Positions 62,597-64,000 of a DNA stretch of 64,000 bases are shown in pieces (within the stretch, counting starts at the first letter, position 1; each line of letters begins with the position of its first letter). A program made the translations under genes and the position numbers. This stretch comes from Oikopleura dioica (lineage: Eukaryota; Animalia; Chordata), in assembly GCA_907165135.1 (NCBI GenBank), contig OU015568.1, positions 3,844,001-3,908,000 on the forward strand, in the 5' to 3' direction. The notes under the pieces were generated by a model that was not told where the DNA came from, made no database searches, and was given only the letters and a program-made list of their open reading frames with translations.

Positions 62597-63118
62597 ATGC
62601 AAGCTATCAAGATTTGCATCATTCTTGTTTTTGTCAATGCTGAAACCGATGTTGAATGCGGAACGGTTTACGATGGTCGGGCGATTCAACTGACCGGGCG
62701 ATACCTTCTCGAGATGGAATATGACGAGTGCTTCTCTCTTTGCACTTTTGTTCACGCGATAACATACGGGCCGTCTACTGCTTCTGGTCATATCTGCAAT
62801 GCTATCTACAACCGCGGTTTCAAGCGATGTAATCTGCACCATACAGCTCTCAGCAAGGAAATCACCGAAACTATAAGGGAATTCGAAGGCACAAGAAACA
62901 CCGGCTCAGTCATGGTCAGAAACAAAAAGCATTGCTCTGCCATTTGTGATCAAATCCCTTCATGTTTTATCGCAGTGACGAAATCGAGAGGACGACATGG
63001 GCACACCTGCTCTCTTTTCTCTGGAAACTTTGACTACACGAAGCCAGGAAGATGTAATGCTGCTAGCTGCTCTTGCAAAAGAAAACCAAGCAGATCACCA
63101 AGAACTTTCTTTGCCTGA
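62597..63118 (+). CDS. Secreted protein with two PAN/apple-like Cys modules, single exon
   Basis: Signal peptide; ECFSLC...CNAIYNRGFKRCNLH and HCSAICDQIPSC...TCSLF patterns. Confidence 0.6.
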   Translation: MQAIKICIILVFVNAETDVECGTVYDGRAIQLTGRYLLEMEYDECFSLCTFVHAITYGPSTASGHICNAIYNRGFKRCNLHHTALSKEITETIREFEGTRNTGSVMVRNKKHCSAICDQIPSCFIAVTKSRGRHGHTCSLFSGNFDYTKPGRCNAASCSCKRKPSRSPRTFFA

Positions 63119-63253
63119 TTCTTCTTCTTACTAATCTATTCTCTCCCATTTTTGGGCCCAAAAGTGCACTTTATTGACCTTTATCCAATAATTCATTCAA
63201 TAAATTCATCTAGTCATATTTCACCCGTTGTTTTATTCACTAGAAAGAGTCAT

Positions 63254-63912
63254 TTAACCTCGAAGAACGTTGATCTTAACATCTCGAGATGGTGCGCTAG
63301 AATAATCTCGAGCTTGTTCTTCTGGTTCGAATCGGTCTTCGAAGTTCTGTTCGTTTCGGACAGGGCCGACTCCAGCCAAGTGAGAAAGTCGGTCGATGCT
63401 TGAGCCAGTCACTAGGTGATTGGGGATTGATTTGAGGACAAGACTCAGGTTTGACTTACAGTGACATTTTGAGTTAGTATTCAAGGCATTTTGGAGAGTT
63501 TCTTTCATAGCAGCCTGAGTCGCAAACATGATTTCCATGGGAGTCATTGGTTTTGGTGGCTCAGCATTGACCTAAGGAAATTTATGATTCTCATGATCGC
63601 ACTCATTGACACCTGTTGAGCGGACTGCTGAGCTTCGATGATGGGCTCGTCCAAATCTTCGTAGGAAGTGACTGTTCTCTCCTTGACTCGTCGACCGTCG
63701 GGCATCACTTTGATGCACTCTCTGATTTCGCCGCTGTTGCCGTCAAGATCCTTTAAATTTTCAATCATCTTTCTTTTTCTCGAAAAAACGCTTACAGCAA
63801 AAACAGATTGAGGATTCTGAGCAGCCTGGAAAAATTTGGCTCGTCCAGAGTTGAAAAAATCGCGATCATCTCCGTTGAAAGTGTCGTACAATTTGTGCGC
63901 ATCTTCGGGCAA
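63254..63912 (-). CDS. 3' exons of an uncharacterised gene continuing beyond the window
   Basis: Two adjacent ORFs separated by a short GT-AG intron; no recognised domain. Confidence 0.4.
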
Positions 63913-64000
63913 GTTAGAGTTTGATCCATTGTAGTAAACTCTATATAAAATGTTTTGATACTGCTTTGATGAAATTGTAACCTGTCTTCTGGGAGGAAAT

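Overview
Eukaryotic genomic DNA, AT-rich and very gene-dense, with short (about 40-130 nt) introns. Several introns need non-canonical GA-AG or GC-AG boundaries to restore conserved protein motifs, and there is an operon-like gene run. These traits point to the appendicularian tunicate Oikopleura dioica (inference; no database search run). Recognisable genes: a nuclear-receptor ligand-binding domain with a DAX1/SHP-type LxxLL box, ACSF3, MPC2, a calmodulin-like EF-hand protein, a DEC/BHLHE40-41-like bHLH-Orange factor, a CTR copper transporter, transgelin, a PARP2-like gene, POLR3D, a selenocysteine GPX4-like gene, a delta-type ionotropic glutamate receptor and a PAN/apple protein. An 11-kb block encodes secreted or surface proteins (mucin-GPI, secreted EF-hand, Ly6/uPAR, duplicated C-type-lectin-like genes). 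Many MITE/foldback families are present (TTAA Kolobok-like, 8-bp-TSD hAT-like, 9-bp-TSD Mutator/Foldback-like). The most unusual signals are paired CCAAT boxes at exactly 30-bp spacing at several unrelated sites, often inside MITEs; a MITE that could be spliced as an intron; two GA-AG introns with the same 9-nt 5' end; and tandem CACGTG E-boxes upstream of the DEC-like gene. CDS coordinates span introns, were assembled by eye and are approximate where stated. No tRNA, rRNA or CRISPR array was recognised.
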